A DNA stretch of 63,999 bases, the filler included, from Basidioascus undulatus (lineage: Eukaryota): assembly GCA_000826855.1 (NCBI GenBank). It is 10 parts of 10 records of this genome, joined end to end, with 100 filler letters (N's around TTAATTAATTAA, not from the genome) between each part and the next. Parts side by side here need not be neighbours in the genome. Positions count along the whole stretch, not along the records: positions 60,071 to 63,999 come from JTLS01002284.1; 9 more parts are not named here. One strand, 5' to 3'. The notes beneath the pieces are model-generated. The model searched no databases, was not told where the DNA came from, and worked only from the letters and a program-made list of their open reading frames with translations. Positions 59,971 to 63,999 of this stretch are shown here, piece by piece; within the stretch, counting starts at the first letter, position 1; each line of letters opens with the position of its first letter. The position numbers and the translations under genes were made by a program.

Positions 59971-60922
59971 NNNNNNNNNNNNNNNNNNNNNNNNNNNNNN
60001 NNNNNNNNNNNNNNTTAATTAATTAANNNNNNNNNNNNNNNNNNNNNNNNNNNNNNNNNNNNNNNNNNNNTGATGGAAGGGACAAAGGAAGGCGAGGAGG
60101 TGGACAGGAGGACAATAGGACAAAGGAAGGTGACAATAGGGAGAGGGTAGGGCAGGGTGTAGATGTCCTTGGTGAAGGAAGGGAGGGTATTCATGACATG
60201 CTGGCACGACGGGGCATGTTTGAAGATTCATTGTTGGGGGCCTGATTTCCATCACGTTCACTGGCTTTTCTCTAAACGTGAGTGATTGAAGTATCCAACT
60301 TATTCGAAACACACTCTCCTCTGCTGTCCATGTCAAGCTCAGCCTGTGCTGCAGCCTCATATGCACCTGAAGTAGTCGCAGGTCATTGTGCCGTGCGCCT
60401 GCGAGTCACTGAACAACAAGTGCCACTGCAAGATACGATGCCCATTTTCGAACCGGCCAGATAAGCTTCCCAACCCTGAAAACTGTACAGACTGCGCCCC
60501 TAGATCTCTGCGGAGCAGGATTTCACACAGTCCTGTGCGAGGCTGCACACTGCAATGGGTGGCCTGGTATTAGAAGTCCCTATGGTGAAGCATGCCTGAC
60601 CAACGTGTACAGAGAATTGGAAGCACGCATAGTGAAAAGAAGCTGAGCGAATCAAGGGCAGCAGGAACGTTAGATTAGCCAGGCACGGCAGCAGCCAACA
60701 GCGCCGGTGCTGAAAGGCGTGCGCAATGAACATCCACGCTGCATGAAGCGAGAAAGCATATATCCTCCATGCCCAGCCCAACACCCAGGCTAGAACCTGA
60801 ACTCGTTTATCGAAAGCAAAGCACTGGGAAAGATCAAACAGCCACACCCCACCTGCCGCTCCAACCTCCCCATCCACCTTGCAGTTGGATGACTCGCACG
60901 ATCTATCACTTCTCCTCCCTCC

Positions 60923-61365
60923 TCAGTCCCCAATCTCCGCGCTCTTCCAAACCCGCAACCTCACGCGCTCTCTCACAATCTCCACCTCCCCCCTGTCCTC
61001 CCCGCGCGCGTCCGCCCACTGGGACAGCTCCCACCGGCGCCATCCCCAACCTTCTTTGATCTTCCCCCACCTCCCCTTCAGTCAGTTCCCACCACCAACA
61101 ACGAGGCACCTAAGGAAACAAAGGGGAGGGCGAGGAGGACAAGCGCACCTCAGGTTTCTTATGCGGCGCAACGACGACCAACCACCTAGCCCGTCTGCTC
61201 AGCTCCCCCAGCAGTGCCCAGAGGGCCGAGTTGCTCTCAACCAAGTGCAGTGCGAAACTGACCACCACTATATCCCAGTCCTCTCCCTCGGGGAGCGCGC
61301 CCTCGGCGACGTCCTGGAAGGACAGCGCGAGGCAGGGCCGCTCGGTGCGGAGGGTGTAGGCGGGG
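60923..61365 (-). pseudogene. 3' fragment of a conserved fungal SAM-methyltransferase-like hypothetical protein
   Basis: PAYTLRTERPCLALSFQDVAEGALP...DIVVVSFALHLVE..SALWALLGELSRRARWLVVVAPHKKPE|IKEGWGW...RERVRLRVWKS...*; no matching 5' half upstream. Confidence 0.55.
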
Positions 61366-63999
61366 GAGAGAAGGTCGGGGCGCGAGAAGAGGTCGGGGCG
61401 CGAGAGGGATGGCATAATTGAGAGGGTTTCGAGGGGGAGGGGTACGGTGCCGCACGTTGTCTCCGTGCGGCCGATACGGTGCTGCTCGACCCTCCAGCGG
61501 CGACCCCGCCTGCGGGCGAGGGGGGCATGACGCCGTAGACGTTGATGTAGCGCCTCCGACTCCTATACGGGTCATGCCTTTGAGAGAGGATCATGGGACT
61601 GCTGATGTGTGGTCTAGCTGGTCTAGGTGACGATGGGGGTGAGGGCGGAGAGGTGCGCCGGGGTGGGTCGTCGTCCGAGTAGGCGAGCGGGAAGTGGTAG
61701 CACAGCGAGGGGAGACAGCCCATTAGGAGGATGCTCATGGGTGTGGCGGGCGTGCCTCGAAGAAGTGCGGTGCGGCGAGGGCAGGAGAGGAGCGCGTGGA
61801 CGTGAGCCGGCAGGTGGGGCAAGTGGCGAAGAACGAGCGTGAAGAGTCTATGATCGAGTTCAATTAAAGACGCGGAAGGTACGGAAGGTGATGAAAGGAA
61901 CGACAACAGCAGGCAGTTAGAACGCTGTATTGTTGGAGCGAGGGCAGAGAAGGACAAGAGAAGAATGTTGTTGATAATGATGAACGGAGAAGAACGCTGG
62001 AAGAGTAGACTTGGGAGCTGGGGTGACAGGGACGGCACGAGGCGGAAAGAGGCGGAGGTAAAGCAGAGGTGTGGACTTAGCGCGGACAGAGGGTCCGTGT
62101 AGGGACTGCCCCCAACGTCCAACCCTGACTGCGAAAATGCTTTGCACCCTTCGGTCTGGATGGCTTATGCTCGAGCACGTAGAAGGTGATCTTTATGGCG
62201 TACAGAAGCCGAATTGTTTTTCCTTCAAGATAACTGATGGAGAGTTACGAGAAGACGGTGGACGCCGAGTGCACGTTTGACACTGCGGCCTGTGAGCAGG
62301 ACGCGCTGGATTCGAGCCGAAAGAGATTGATCCCTTTCAATGAGGCTCTTCAATGAGGCTCTTGAATATTCGCTCTATCGCTTTTTTTTTTCACGGTTGC
62401 ACCCGAACACACTGATGCCGGCGCTCCTCCCCCTATGCTGTCTCCATTTCTATCGCCCGGGACTGTTCTTCCTCATGGCTGCGATTTATTGGTATCCACC
62501 CACACAGAATCCCAGACAATGAAATGCGTATTGTTACCTGTAGGTTTGCGAAGAGTGCCAAGATTCCGTCCGACCAGGGTAGAAACGGTGCAGCTGAGAG
62601 GCAGAGCAATCGGACCCACACATACACACACGGCATTGTTTCAGGACCCCTGAATTGGTCGATGACGGACTGAGGCTTGCAAAATAAGCAGTTCTGTACA
62701 AACTCCTGAGCAGGATAGCTTACTACCTGCGGTTCCGACAGCCAGCGTTGCTTTAAGGCCTGTACGCTTCTTCATCTTGAGCTTGTGTCACAAACTGCTC
62801 TAGTATTTGTTAAGAACATTTGTAGGCGGTGTTTGGAGTCACAGCGCAGGCAACGACGACTAACATGCATTGCAGGCAATGTCAGAGAAGCAGGTGCGGA
62901 GCGCCGCCATGTTGTCCTCACTGCAGTTGGGCTGTTGGTTACAAGGTTTCACCGAATACTTTGAGTAACGGGGTACGTCATGAAGGTCACCTCTACGATC
63001 TCCTTGACACTACGACTTCAGCGTATCTTGGCAGTCACACACAACCACCAACGGTGAGAGCGCGGATCGGACCTTGACCCCGCACGGCGGACCAAGGTTG
63101 ACTTCCTTCACAGGGAGCCGGACGCAGTTGGAAGATCTCCCGATTTTTAAAACAAAAACATCAGAGGCAACGGCATTGAATGGGGTTGCGGAAACCACGG
63201 GGCAAGGCAAAGCGACAGGCCGACTGAGGAGGGCAACACACCGCTCAATGGGTTCATGGAGCATCTCGATTCGGCTCCTCGAAAGGGGTTCACCGAGAAG
63301 GGTCCTAATTGGACATATTTATGGTGAAGAACACTCATCCTTGAAGAGAGAAGGTCGTCTGGGTAGATGGCACAGGGGCGTCCGTGCTGACGGACTCTGC
63401 CGCACTCAATGCGTAGCGAGCTGCGATCGTTCTAGTCAGAATGCAATGTCCGTTGGACAATTGTTTGATTCACGCCCTCCATGGGCAGTGTTTGCAAAAG
63501 CGTCGAGGCTGCATCTGCATGCCATCAGGCAAAAGGCACACTGGATTGCCAAACTGCGAGGCTGCACAATTTGCCTCCGGCCCCAGTCTTCTCGCTTCCC
63601 AACCGTCTTCACAGCTTGCCCTCCTCTCACCATCCGCCCGCCATGCGGCGCTCCCTCCGCCTTTTGGGCCTCCCAGCAGGCGCATCTTCAGGAAATCCCT
63701 CTCACATACCCTTCTCCCGGTCCTACTCCACTCCCACCAACGGTGCACCTTCCGCGCTCACTGCGCCCAACCCGGACCCGTACTCCCCCTTCTCCATCCC
63801 GCCGCCCACGTCTCAAACGCGCTCTCTCCTTCTGGAAGAGAACAACCGGATTATGGAACCTGAGCGGCACAGGCCGCATAAGGCGTTGAGGGAAAAGCCG
63901 TGGCGGATGGGCGAGGAGGAGCGCGGGTGGGAAGGGAACCCTTACCGTGCGTCGCATACCTTTCCCCTTCCATTGGCCAAAATCTGACACGAAGAGGGA

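Noticed and set aside
4264..60070. Regularly spaced TTAATTAATTAA palindromes within N runs, roughly every 4.3 kb
   Set aside because: Artificial six-frame-stop linker. The spacing reflects size-ordered contigs (4249, 4247, 4239, 4238, 4234, 4233, 4231 bp), and the 25-kb contig is probably a name-sorting effect. Not biological.
1..63999. Many long overlapping ORFs rich in P/S/R/G in the ORF track (for example 2517-3578, 9251-10309, 20148-21377, 36344-37412)
   Set aside because: Antisense or off-frame shadows of GC-rich, low-complexity exons and introns, explained by the spliced genes.
62150..63999. ORF 63074-63889 and neighbours
   Set aside because: No recognisable family or splice pattern; cannot be supported as a gene.

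Overview
This window is not one locus. It is ten draft-assembly contigs (nine of about 4.2 kb, one of 25.2 kb) joined by an artificial 100-bp spacer (44 N + TTAATTAATTAA + 44 N), so nothing can be inferred across spacers. The DNA is a GC-rich, very intron-dense fungal nuclear genome (GTGCGT/GTACGC donors, CTRAC-like branch points; protein motifs suggest Basidiomycota), which makes the six-frame ORF track mostly misleading. Manual splicing gives PRP18-like, COX12, SDH7/ACN9, a DAL5-family MFS transporter, a glutathione peroxidase, PAT1, SEC1, a NUP53-like 3' end, a GATA-like zinc-finger protein, a cytochrome P450, F-box-like genes, EPL1 (truncated), FCF2, ALG7, a lipase, an SR-like RRM protein and an Mn-type CDF transporter, interleaved with about ten pseudogenes or fragments and CpG-depleted repeat-like DNA. 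The best leads are: an apparently intact SR-like gene with RRM-RS-pseudoRRM-pseudoRRM architecture and intron evidence of internal duplication; chains of 2-13 nt micro-exons (CDF gene, COX12); EPL1 broken and fused head-on into its neighbour; and CpG-deamination signatures in repeats and a dead gene. All family assignments come from motif recognition and no database search was run. No CRISPR, rRNA, tRNA or prokaryote-type system was seen.
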